Shown here: positions 39,809 through 51,308 of the stretch, in pieces
How positions within the stretch are numbered: position 1 is the first letter of the stretch
Layout: each line of letters begins with the position of its first letter
Source: Callorhinchus milii
Lineage: Eukaryota
Assembly (NCBI RefSeq): GCF_018977255.1
Contig: NW_024704742.1
Coordinates: forward strand, 65,350,001-65,414,000
Length of the DNA stretch: 64,000 nt
Reading direction: 5' to 3'
The notes under the pieces: generated by a model
Databases searched by the model: none
What the model was told of the DNA's origin: nothing
Seen by the model: only the letters and a program-made list of their open reading frames with translations
Made by a program: the position numbers and the translations under genes

Positions 39809-40125
39809 GTGGAGTCCTGTAGCGCAGTGGTTAGAGCACTCGCCTCTCAAGCGAGAGACCTGGCTTCAATTCCCAGCAGGGGGCGAAACGTTGGGCAAGT
39901 TTTCTTACTCCACACACCTAATAACAATCCTTCAAGAAAAAAAACAATAAATTGGTCACTTCAATGCACGACTGTTTGTGGGACGCTGCTGTGCGCAATT
40001 TGGTTGCCGCATTTCGCCCACAAATATAGTCAATTCACTTTACAGTATATTCTGTGAAGCACTTTGAGATGTCTAGAAGACGTGAAAAGTGCTATATCAA
40101 ATGCAAGAATTATTACTATTTATTA
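39809..40125 (+). mobile_element. tRNA-derived SINE, short variant, inserted in a CR1 3' tail
   Basis: gtggagtcctgtagcgcagtgg head; flanks gggcgaatggcctccct and ctgcactacatgattctatga rejoin into a CR1-type terminus. Confidence 0.88.
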
Positions 40126-40229
40126 TTCTGCACTACATGATTCTATGAAGGCACTATGTGCTTAGTGAGAAAGAGGTAGGGTGAAATTTAAAGACAATTC
40201 AGAAATAGCACAATTCATAAATAAAGGCA

Positions 40230-41412
40230 ATACAGTACCTTTACTTGGGCTATGGCATGGGAACAAAGTGTCTAAATTTGTTGAAGGTGCCAATTTAGAA
40301 GAGGAGAGCTATGAATAGGAATGAAGAATGCAGGATGACTTTGTTTTGTGAAGTGGGCAAATAAATAGCAAATGGAATTCAATACAAAACAAAGTACCTG
40401 GATTTTGGAAGGCATTTGATAAGATACCAATTAAGAGGCTTGTTACAAAAATAATAAATATTAAGGGGATTTTAACAGCATGGAAAGATAGATATATAGC
40501 GCCCTATCATGTCATTGAGATGTCTTAAAGCGCTTCACAGAATGTATTGTAAAGTTTATTGACCGTGTATTTTGTGGGCGAAACTTGACAGCCGATTGCG
40601 CACAGCAATGTCTCACAAAGTCATGGATTGAGTGACTACAGAATTATATAGTTTTGCGAAGTGGGCAAAAGTGGAGTCCTGTAGCTCAGTGGTTAGAGCA
40701 CTCGCTTTGCAAGCGAGAGACCTGAGTTCAATTCCAGGCAGAGCGAAACCTTGGGCAAGTTTCCTTACTCCACACGCCTAATAATAATCCCTCCAAAACC
40801 AAAAACAATAATAAATTGGTCATTTTCTACTACTGTTTGTGGGACATTGCTGTGTGCAATTGGCTGCCGCGTTCGCCCACAAATATACAGTCAATTCACT
40901 TTACAGTATATTCTGTGAAGCGCTTTGAGACGTCTAGAAGATGTGAAAAGCGCTTTATCAAATGCAAGGATTATTATTATTAAATAAATAGTAAATGGGA
41001 TTCAATACAAAATTAAAGAATTCAAAGTAGTGCATCGTAAGCAACGAAGAATGGGAATACAGTATAGTCAAATCTGAGCACACATTACAAGGGGGCAGAC
41101 AATACATTTGATTCCATTACAGGTGGAGGGGGTTGGGATTTGCCTTAAAATTATAACTAACTCAGTTAGAACTGAAGTCAGGAAGCACATCTTCACACAC
41201 AAAGTTGTGAAGATGTGGAATCTTCTGCCCCAGAAAGCTGCAGAGGCAGAATCAAAAGGCAATTGTTTAATAGAGAGACACACACTGACAGATACTTTTT
41301 GGAGCAGAGGTATAAGGGAATATGGTGAAATTGGCAGGATATTAGGATTAAAATATCTGCCAAGATCTAATAAACAGCCTTGATTGACTGAATGGCCTCT
41401 TCCTGTTCCTTT
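40230..41412 (+). mobile_element. Scrambled CR1 LINE fragments interrupted by two SINEs
   Basis: WANK*QMEFN and YLD..KAFDK-like remnants; RTEVRKHIFTHKVVKMWNLLPQKAAEAES C-terminus; gaatggcctcttcctgttcct end. Confidence 0.8.
40671..40981 (+). mobile_element. Young tRNA(Ala)-derived SINE, short variant, full length
   Basis: A box 40682-40692, anticodon arm CTCGC-TTTGCAA-GCGAG 40701-40717, B box 40726-40735, (TTA)n tail. Confidence 0.95.
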
Positions 41413-43776
41413 ATTTCAATCTTTAACAATGGGCAAAGAACAAAAAAGCAAATGGAAAATTGTACAAAGTTCCAGCCTTTCTGGCTTAATATTTCACATT
41501 TTTTTTCACTTGTAGTGATATTTGATTTTATAAAAAAAAGGTTAAACATCCAGGAACAACCTGCTCCAAAACACCACGTCTTCACAATCCACTGTGTGCA
41601 ATGCATGATGTGCGTTTGCACTGAAACAGATGTTGAACCTGATTGCATTGCAAACTATTTTTAAACTGAGTTTTTATTTCAGGCCGTGAAGCTGGTTGAG
41701 CGTTTGTATCAGGTCCAGTGGGTGAGGGGTGGGTGGGAGAGTTCACTGAGCCTTTTGTCTTTCTCAGGTTGACAAAATGAGTGCTTTGCTCTAGAGTATC
41801 ATCAACAGGCTGTTTGACAGTGTAAACACCACACCCAATCCTGGACACTGACACTGCCTTCCGTCACCTCCTCCTGGCTTCCAGCGTTATGTTCTGCCAC
41901 AATCAAGTGCTCTGGGATGTTACCCTGCATGAGGATCACCATATAAATGCTAATTGTAACTGTTGTTGTTGCAAATCGCTAAAAATGCATACTTTGCCAT
42001 TGTAAGCATTGTTTGGCATGCTTCCTGCTGCTTGTCCACCCTACTTGTTGAGTCAGCAGAAGCCGAATGGGCAAAGTCTCTGCCTTCAGTAACTATTTTG
42101 CCCATTTCATGTCCTGCCCACCAGCCAGGCTGGCTGGACTGTCATCAGAAGTGCCTGATATCAACAGGCAGGTTGATGCAATTGTATCATCAACCATATT
42201 GGGGGTTTTTGTGTACTTTTGTACTGAAACAGATGTTGAAACTGATTGCATTGCAAACATTCCATTAATAATAATAATTCCTCAAATTTGACGCTGAAAT
42301 TCCTCAATGTGCTTTACAGGGATATGTGGTCAAGTGTAGTGACTGGGTAGGTGCAAACAGCAGACAATGTGCGCAATGCAATGTCTCACAAACAGCCATA
42401 AAACAAATGGCCAATTTTATCTGGAGGATGGTTGGGCAGGAAACCAGGAGAAACTCCCTTCTCGTTTCAAGTAGTGTCATGGGATCTTTAATATTCAAAT
42501 GAACAAGCAGATGGAACCTCGGTTTAATGTCTCCTCCAAAGGTCACTAGCTCAGCAAAGCAGTCCCCACCCCTTCCACCCCTCCCTGCACTGGAGTGTCA
42601 GCCTGTTCCAACAGTGAACAGAATGTTCTGATTTATAAATACCTACAAAGAAATATACAGACTGTCCTTGTAATAAACTATGGAAAGCGAAGGTTTGGCA
42701 CAGAAGCATCACTGAAACAATTGCAGTTCACAAAGTGCTCACTGCACTCCCCATTTCCACTGTTTACAAGGTCCAGCTCATCCAAAACTCTGCCACCCAC
42801 GGCCTCACCATTATCAAACTCCACATGCCCCTCACTGCAATCCTCCCCCGGCTCAACTGGCTTCCTGCCTCCAAAAGGATTGATTTCAAGATTCTCACAT
42901 ACAAATTCCTTCAAGCTCCCTTCCTGATCTGCTCATACCCCACTCCTTTGCCCATCCCCTTCACTCAGTTGGCACAATTCTGCTACACATCCCCCAACCT
43001 TTCCACACTACCATCAGTGTTTGTGCCTTCAGACGCTACACCTTGAACCTCTGGAATAACCTACCTCAATCTCTGCTTCGCCCCTCTTTATCTTTAAGTC
43101 CCACTTTAAGACTTACCTCTAGGACAGCGCCTATGGTCAACTCCCCTTCTCTGTTGCTTGGCACTCAAACCCGCCAAACCTGTGCAATGCTCTGAGACGC
43201 TACCCTGCATGAATAATAATCCTTGTATTTGATGTCTTCTAATGTCTCAAAGCACTTCACAGAATATACTGTAGGACACTATATAATTGGGCACTATATA
43301 AATGACAAAGGCGTAAATTAGGGTTTGGGCTGTATTGAAGGTGTGTGAGTAGAAACGATGTTGTAGAAACAGAAGAAAACAGACTTGGTCAGAGCCTTGG
43401 ATGAAAGCTTTAAATGAGTTGAGTGTCAAACAAAAGCTGAGGTTCCGCACAGGTACCATGAGCTGAAATGAGCAATCGGGGAGGTTATGCTTTCTCAAGT
43501 ATCTCAGTCTGCAGGAGCCAAGCAGAATGGTCTTAACATTAATATTGTCAATGTCGATGTTAATGCTCATCAAGGATTTGATTTGTGTCAGGAAGCTGTC
43601 AGAACAGCAATGCTCCTGGAGTCAAGGGTGGAGACAGGAAGGTAGAGCTGGTTGTTGTTCACCTGGATGTGGAAGTAATGGTCCCCGTGTCTACTGCTGA
43701 AGTCACTAAGGGGCAAATGACCTTCTTGATAGTTGAGGCAATCTGAGTTTGCCTACCCAAGATATCTTGTTTATTA

Positions 43777-44025
43777 TAATAATAACCCTTGCATTTGATA
43801 TAGCGCTTTTCACGTCTTCTGGATGTCTCAAAGCGTTTCACAGAATATGCTGTAAAGTGAATTGACTGTATATTTGTGGACGAAACGCAGCAGCCAATTG
43901 CGCACAGCAATGTCCCACAAACAGTCGTGGATTGAAGTGACCAATTTATTATTGTTTTTTATCTTGAAGGATTATTATTACGCGTGTGGAGTAAGGAAAC
44001 TTGCCCAAGGTTTCGCCCTGCTGGG
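43777..44025 (-). mobile_element. Same SINE, short variant, 5'-truncated
   Basis: Reverse complement of the 40671 body and tail. Confidence 0.9.
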
Positions 44026-45054
44026 ATCCATGGCAATGGCCTCTTTGTCCACACACAATGCATTGGCCTCTATCCCACTGGCCTTGCTCCCGAAACTCTA
44101 AGTGAGGTAGTGCCTCACCTGACGAGCTGTCACTGCTGAGGGAGGGCATGTAAATAAGGAAACAACAACTTGCATTTACATTACTCTTTACTCCCTTTAC
44201 GCGGTGTAGCATCTGGGAGCGCTTTACAGTGACGGAGCCTGACGCCAAGTCGGAGGGAGGTGATCGAGGGAGAGAGTTCCAAAGTTTTGGGACATAGTGG
44301 CTGAAAGCATGGCTGCCGATGGTGGAGTGGAGGCCACAAGGAAAAGGACAGGGTAAGATGCTGGTTGGAAAGAGCTTTGGTTGCAAGGGAGTGGACGTTT
44401 TGGAGGGCAAAGCATCGAAGAAAGGCAATGAGGGAGTTTGCAGGCGAGGGCAGTCAGTAATGTGGATGAGTGAGAAACTGGTCCAATAAGATGGGGCATA
44501 GACCTTGCAACTTGATGGGGGAATGGAGCCGTTCAGTGGTGGGGTCAGGGACGTTGTTCGGTTATTTTTAAGTGGAGTGGGTAAGAAGAAAGTGTCCAGA
44601 GAGGTGGATTTGGAACGGAAATAAATTTAGGCGAGACGTGCGACAATAGCTTTGCCAGCCAGTCAGTCCCTGCACAGAACGGGCAACAGAGCAGCAGATT
44701 TGAATACAAATCCATTAATGTAATTCGCACCGAACAGCATCTGCACAATGTTGGGACGGGAAACGCGCAACATGCGTTTGCATCGCATTGGACCCATGAG
44801 CACACATCCACAAGTTTGGTTTTAAACGTTCATGTCCGGGTTGTACTTGTGGACGTCCCGTGAATGTACGCCCCGAGCTGGAGCTAACTGACCGACTTGC
44901 ACACCCGCTGTCAACTTGCATTTACATAGCGCCCTTCACACAGGGGGGAGTCTTGGGAGCAGTATGACGGGGGTCACACTCTCCTGCCCCCTCCTCCCAT
45001 TGCCACCACCAAGCGCCCTGTGTGAGGGGTGCTATACAAATGCAATTTGTTGCT

Positions 45055-45740
45055 GTTCCCTTCCCTCCTTCCCCTTCTCGCTCTGCTCTCCTCTTCCCCT
45101 TCTCTCTCACTGCTTGCCTCTTCCCCCCCCTCTACCCCTCTCCTCCCCCCCCCCTCTACCCCTCTCCTCCCCCTTCTCCTCTCTCTACCCCCCTCTCTCC
45201 TCTCTCTACCCCCTCTCTCCTCTCCCCCCCCCCCCCCCCCCACTCTCCTCCTCTCTACCCCTCTCCTCTCTCTACCCCCTCTCCTCCCCCCCCCCCCCCC
45301 CTCCTCCTCTCTGCCTCTCCTCCTCTCTCCCTCTCTCCTCCTCTCTGCCCGTCTCTCTCTACCCCCCTCTCCTCCCACTTTCCCCCCTCCCTCCTCCTCT
45401 CTGCCCTCTCCTCCTCTCTGCCCGTCTCTCTCTACCCCCCTCTCCTCCCACTTTCCCCCCTCCCTCCTCCTCTCTGCCCTCTCCTCCTCTCTGCCCGTCT
45501 CTCTCTACCCCTCTCCTCCCACTTTCCCCCCTCCCTCCTCCTCTCTGCCCTCTCCTCCCCCCTCTATCTGCTTTGCTCTTTCTCCTCTCTCTCTCTCTCC
45601 TCTTCCCCCCTCCCTCCTCCTCTCTGCCCTTCTCCCCCCCCCCACCCGTCTTTCCCCCCTCTCTCTATCCTCTAACCCCCTCTCTCTCTCTCTCTCTCTC
45701 CTCCCCTCACCCCCTCTCTGCCCTCCTCCCCAGCAACCTC
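45055..45740. repeat. C/T-rich low-complexity tract with internal ~66-bp tandem repeat
   Basis: Almost purely pyrimidine; unit ctctcctcctctctgcccgtctctctctaccccc...ctcctcccactttccccctccctcctc recurs about three times at ~45333-45550. Confidence 0.95.
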
Positions 45741-46140
45741 CCAGATGAAGCTGCTGATTGGCTGGCCGGCCGGCCCCCCCCCCCCCGCAGCTCTTTACCA
45801 TGCGCGGCCCGCAGCCAATGAGGGTGTCGGAGCCCCGGCTATTTAGCATGACGCGAGCTGGCCAATGGGCGGCCGAGCTGTTGCTAGGCTCCGGCTTCAC
45901 CCCTTGTTCCTAAGCGGCGGCCGGCCGGCCAATCAGCGCGCGCCGAGCCTTGTTGACAACAATCAGGGGGACAACCTAACTCGCTGGTAGGACCCGGCTG
46001 CCGCTCGCCATTGGTCGGCTCCTTAGTCCCGCCTGCGAGTTTCCGGGCTGGTATCGGCCGCGGGTTGGCCGGGCTCGCCGTCGCTCAAGGCGGTACGTCA
46101 TAGTGCAGTAGGTTAGGTTGAGAGCGCTGGACGTTCCCCC
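45740..46140 (+). promoter_or_regulatory. CpG-rich MXD4 promoter with five CCAAT boxes, CRE-like sites and GC box
   Basis: CCAAT/ATTGG at 45757, 45815, 45862, 45929, 46010; TGACGCGA at 45849, TACGTCA at 46094, CCCGCC near 46028; high CpG density ~300-700 bp upstream of the ATG. Confidence 0.85.
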
Positions 46141-46424
46141 CTTTTCTCTGCTCTTGAGTCACTTGAGTTTTGTCTTCCAATGTGAGCTGTTTGTGCTCTC
46201 AGCTGCACAGCTAAACCGGGGGTCTCACACACACACACTGTCATACATACATGCAAATTGTATGTCCATATAAATATATATATATATATATCAGAGAGGA
46301 AGAGGCAAGGACACACACAAAGGAATCTCTCCCCCCCCCCACCCCCACTCTCCCCAATTAAAAGCTAAAGGGGAACAGAGAAAAAGAAGAGCAAAAAACA
46401 AACAAAACAACAGCAAAAAAAACA

Positions 46425-46488
46425 ATGGCATTTTTTAATATCCAAACCTTACTGGAAGCGGCTGAATACATCGAGAGGAGAGAGAGAG
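46425..46488 (+). CDS. MXD4: MXD4 coding exon 1 (Sin3-interaction domain)
   Basis: acaATGG Kozak context; MAFFNIQTLLEAAEYIERRER + G|gtattt; LLEAAEY is the Mad/Mxd SID motif. Confidence 0.93.
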
Positions 46489-46772
46489 GTATTTATTACT
46501 GTGATTTGTTTACCAAAATACCGCAGATATATATATATATATATATATACATAGATGTATGAGCTCCAGATTTTTTTCTCTGCGTGCGAGCAATGCACGA
46601 GGGGTCGGGGGGGTTTTTCTTCGCGCACATCTGTTGTGTTGTTGTGCAAAAAAAAAAATATTGCATTTCATCGTATGTTTTTGTTCTGCAGCCGACGTGC
46701 CTTTGCCTCCTGCCTTTGGCAGCCCCGGTGGCTTGTTGTTGTCACGGACCCATCTTATTGTTTACTTTGCAG

Positions 46773-46860
46773 AGGCGGAACATGGCTACGCGTCTGTCTT
46801 ACCCTGCAACGCCGAGTTCTCCAGGAAGAAACCCAAGAGCAAGAAAACGCCAAATAACAG
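46773..46860 (+). CDS. MXD4: MXD4 coding exon 2
   Basis: ctttgcag|AG...AACAG|gtagcg; EAEHGYASVLPCNAEFSRKKPKSKKTPNNR; ASVLP and PNNR are MXD4-type; ZFYVE28-MXD4 adjacency matches known vertebrate synteny. Confidence 0.95.
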
Positions 46861-47091
46861 GTAGCGAGAGAGAGAGAGAGAGAGGAGAGAGAGGGGGGGG
46901 GTGGGGGGGCAGAGGGGGGGTGGGGCTGAGACCCGCGGGGGGGGGGGGGGGTTGGGGGAGAGGATCTCTTTAATCTTTCCCAGTCGCCATTTTCCCCCTT
47001 TTGGGCTTGGCTGTGTTGTGATCGGATATAAACACTGCCACGCGTACAGTATTCACTGGCAGATCCCAGTGTCAGTCTGGGGGACGGCTGC

Positions 47092-47480
47092 TCGCTCTCT
47101 CTCTCTCTCTCTCTCTGTCTGTCTCTGTCTGTCTGTCTCCTCTTTCTCTCCTCTCTTCCCTCCTTCACTGTCTCCTTCTCTCCCCCTTTCCCCTTCTCTC
47201 CTCTTCTCTCCCCCTCTCTCCCCCTCTCCCCTTCTCCCCTTCTCCTCTCCCCTTCTCTCTCCTCTCCCCTTCTCTCTCCTTCTCTCTCCTCTCCCCTTCT
47301 TCTCTCCCCTCTCCCCTTCTCTCTCCTCTCCCCCTCTCCCCTTCTCCCCTTCTCCCTCTCTCCCCTTCTCCCCCTCTCCCCTTCTCTCTCCTTCTCCCCC
47401 TCTCCCTCTCTCCCCTTCTCCCTCTCTCCCCTTCTCTCTCCTTCTCCCCCTCTCCCCTTCTCCCCTTCTCTCCCTCTCTT
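47092..47480. repeat. C/T-rich low-complexity tract in MXD4 intron 2
   Basis: (CT)n followed by degenerate ctctccccttct units. Confidence 0.95.
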
Positions 47481-47550
47481 GTGCGGATCTTTGCGGATTT
47501 CTTGTGTTTTTTTAATTCCAGATTGGAATTTGAAAGCAACGATTTTAAAC

Positions 47551-47553
<3 letters not shown>

Positions 47554-47585
<32 letters not shown>

Positions 47586-47627
47586 GCCCCAACCACCATC
47601 ACCCCACTTTTATTTATATATACTGCA

Positions 47628-47664
<37 letters not shown>

Positions 47665-47680
47665 GTGTGTGTGCGCGTGT
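47554..47680. repeat. Compound microsatellites (AG)n, (TG)n, (TA)n
   Basis: Seen directly; similar (TA)/(TG) runs at 46270, 46527, 48030 and 802. Confidence 0.95.
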
Positions 47681-48029
47681 TTTAAAACATCAATGATTTT
47701 TGCAGCCTTTTTGTTCATCTGTGCTTGAGCAGTACCAGGAGGAACGCGCAGTGAAATTGCAAAACCTTATTTGATCTGTTAATGTTTATGCATAATATAT
47801 ATATACTGTATAATATAATGTACATACGTTGCCCACTGCTGACCACAGTCATGGCGATCAAACTGAGTCCAGGGAAGGATTGATTGATTCCCCGGGTTAA
47901 TCTTCAGTTTGGGTACGTGATTGTTGATGAATATTATCTGAAGAGAATAAATAGGACATTATTTTTCTTTTTTTTAAAAAAACACAAGTCAGGTGACAGA
48001 TTGATCTGGATGCATCCTGCCACGATTGT

Positions 48030-48060
<31 letters not shown>

Positions 48061-51000
48061 ATCTATATATATATATATATATATTAGTGAATATTTTTCA
48101 CCAAAGTAATTATATTATTTTGGCATCAGTCAGTTTGCTCACCTCAGTGTTGGTTTGACAAGAGTGCGCCCTCCCCGGTTTGGCTTTGCTCAGTGCACAG
48201 TGTGATGTGGACGTGTTTCTTTCTGCCCGGATGAACTCTCCCCCCCCCCCCCCTCCCTCTCTCTCTTTTTCTTTCTTTCTCAACTCGAAAGAATCGGCTG
48301 GATTGTTGCCTTCCTCCCAACATTGATTTTATATTTTTTATTGAGGTTCAAACCAAACCCAAGAATGAATGGATTTCTGGAACTGGAGTGTGTGTGTGGG
48401 GGGGGGGGTGATGTGCCCTGACAGTGAATGCAAAAATCTGCTTTTTATGTTAATTACTTTAAGCTCCTGATACTGTCCTTTGAGTATCTCCCATCCTTTC
48501 TCTGATAAGGTCACCTTCTGGTTCCAAATTAACTTTTTTCTTTTGGACAGTCGTATTATTTGAATTTAACAACTAATTGGACTTGTTAAAGTCAACTTTT
48601 TTCTCCGTTTCTCGGCAGTTTAGATTCTATTAGTAATCCTTGCATTTGATATAGTGCCTTTTCATGTCGTTGAGACGTCTCAAAGCGCTTCACAGAATAT
48701 ACTGTAAAGTGAATTGATTATATTTTGTGGGCGAAACGCGGCAGCCAATTGCGCACAGCAGTGTCCCACGAACAGTCGGGGATTGAGTGACCAAATTCGT
48801 ATTATAATTTTTTTAAATTAACATAATAGAAGAATGTCTCAGTCTAGGAAGACCTCATTTTGTCATCTGGGTACTGTCTCAGCTCAACACTGGAGCTATC
48901 TATCCGCTCTATCCCTGTATAGTGTTGTAATTGCCACTTGTAACACATTCCGCATTCTAGTAAAACCATTTTCTTTAACCCTACTCCCTCCACAACCCCC
49001 TCCCCCCGTTATAATGTTGGGTTTATGCCACTTTGAAGCCACCTGCTTGTCATAACGATCCCACACTCACTTTTTACCTTCTATAAAAACGCCTTCATAA
49101 TCTTGACAGCTCTCCTATTAGGTCCGTGAAAGCTGATGTTTACTTCATTAAAAGTCAAATCTAATTAATTCACAACCGAATTGTTCTGTACCTTTATATG
49201 ACTGACTCGGTGGAAATGCAAATTTGACTCAGGTATTCTCTTACCCAGCGTTACGCAATCCAGTGCTAGTTGGTTGAGCCAGAGCTGGGGTGTTGACTGG
49301 GATAGGTGGAACACAGCAATCAAAATCCTCATAGCAGTGACTTTGAGAGCTGTAAAACTTGTTTGATGATACAAATTGTTGGTATTTTTCATTTGCCTTA
49401 CCCTCTGCCAATGAAAACCCAAACTGTGCATAAGAGCCCTGGGGGCTGAAGCAAAGCAAATGTTGCGTTTGTCCTTTAACAGTGAGGATGTGACCATTGC
49501 TAACATTGTTGGGATCAGTGTGGTCATTTTCCTTGCAGGAGCTGACATGCACAGCAGCGTATTAGTCATACAGTTGGCACCTGTTGGAGTGAAGGGTCGC
49601 AGGGGGTATGCAACCTGTAAGGAGCATTGCTAATCGTAGTCATGGCGAGGAAGTAAACAGAAGCCAAGTTGCTCTTCTCTCGTGTCCCTTTTCTTTATTT
49701 TCCCCACCCCGAGGGAGAATCCTTGAGATCCTACAAAAAACAATATGGTCATTACACTTTACCGTAAACCTTGTGAAGCGCTTTAAGTCAGATGTCCACT
49801 TGACGCTATATCGAATGCAACAATTATTATTTATCCAATTATCCTTGGTTTGTCCTGTAAGTAGCCATTGGTGATAGCTGTGTGTTTCAAACCTTCAGTG
49901 TTGGGCAACATGCCTGGTTCTGTGTAGGAGACAGAGGGGAATGCAATAAAAAATAATAGATGTAGTGGAAAGTTAGGGAGTGGAGTCTGCTGCAGGTGCT
50001 GCATTGGACATCATGGTATGAATACACCATATGGTGGAATGGGCTGACAGATTCTCCCTTCCTCATTTCTTCACATGCCCAGGGCAGAGGAGGAGGAAGG
50101 AGGGAGGAGCGACTTGGTTTCTACCAAAGGGGCAGAACTTCCCCAGAGGAGAAAAATTCAAGGAATAAATTGACACGTGTTGCTCGAGTGCATGTCCTAG
50201 TGGCAGGTTAGAGATTTGGCAGAGAATGAAAACATTCTGACAGGATGACGAGAAAGATCTGGATGAAAAGGGCTGTTCGTTCGGTCTGTTTTAAAACCAC
50301 CATTCTGGCATAGCGATCCTCTCCTCTTCCTGTAATTGTATCAATCTGTTTCACAAATAAATTCAGTCTCGTGGCTCCACCAGTCTCTCTGATAATCCAT
50401 TCTAACTGCTGATAACCCTCCATGTAAATAACTACTTCCTGGTGTCTGCTGAGCTTGCCCTTCATAGTTCCTAAACATTTTTTTTGGTTGCTCATCCCTT
50501 GTGCCAGATCATTTCACTTCTTGTGAGGAGATGAAGGGGATGAGGTGAAGTATTTGGGATTCCCAGTATATTGTGGATTTGAATGAACTGACTGAATGAA
50601 CTTGACTATAAATTACATTTATGCCTTTCAAGTCAGCAGGATGTCCCAAGGCGCTGAACGGTTAAGGGTTTGCACCTAAGCTGAGGGTTGGAATCAAGAG
50701 GACTAGAGGGTAGGGAGAGTGTGGGTGGGAGTGTGGCCGAAGGCAAGGTCAAATAGAAAGGACCCGAAAAAGGACTCAAGACCTTCCCCTGACTCTCAGG
50801 CAGAAGTTTGTGTGTTTTGAGACCCAGGCCCAATCTGTAGTTTGTTTTGTTTAGTTGAACTTGCACTATGTAGGGAGGATTAGAAAACCTGAGATAGTTT
50901 GGTCTGTTTCCCTTCCCCACTTGTGTTACTGCTCTTTGCAGCTGAGCACCATATAGAGAAGTTTAGAGACTTTGCTTTCTCCCCCTCTCCCCCCCCACTC

Positions 51001-51278
51001 CAGAATGGGGTGGCAATCCTGTGGGTTACTATCCTTTGCCCTCCCCCTCCTCCAATAATCATAATCCTTGCATTTGATATAACGCCTTATCATGTTGTAA
51101 TAAAATAAACATTATTTTACCAAATAAAGTGTTGGTCCAGGAAGGCAGTTTTTTTTCCCATAAGGGCCCCACCCACCACCCCAGAATATGTCAGTGGTGC
51201 GGGGAGAGCAGAAGAAATTATTTTGTGCCTCAATTTTCTTGCTGATGAGATTGTGACTGCCTTANTTTTTTTCTACAG

Positions 51279-51308
51279 GTCATCGCACAACGAGCTTGAG
51301 AAACATAG
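51279..51308 (+). CDS. MXD4: MXD4 coding exon 3 (30-nt exon, bHLH basic region)
   Basis: ttctacag|G TCA TCG CAC AAC GAG CTT GAG AAA CAT AG|gtgagt = (R)SSHNELEKH(R), in phase with exon 2. Confidence 0.95.

Noticed and set aside
40671..40745. Apparent tRNA-Ala genes (also 31296, 39809, 60205)
   Set aside because: No proper acceptor stem or terminator; each continues into a SINE body and tail
44916..45900. Long Pro/Leu/Ser or Gly/Arg/Glu-rich ORFs up to 301 aa (also 46901-47602)
   Set aside because: Artefacts of stop-free C/T low-complexity tracts
49165..49569. 134-aa antisense ORF in MXD4 intron 2
   Set aside because: No recognisable domain or coding-like composition; length within chance expectation
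51265..51265. Ambiguous base n in the exon 3 polypyrimidine tract (also 12005)
   Set aside because: Assembly uncertainty next to poly-T runs; the acceptor AG is intact
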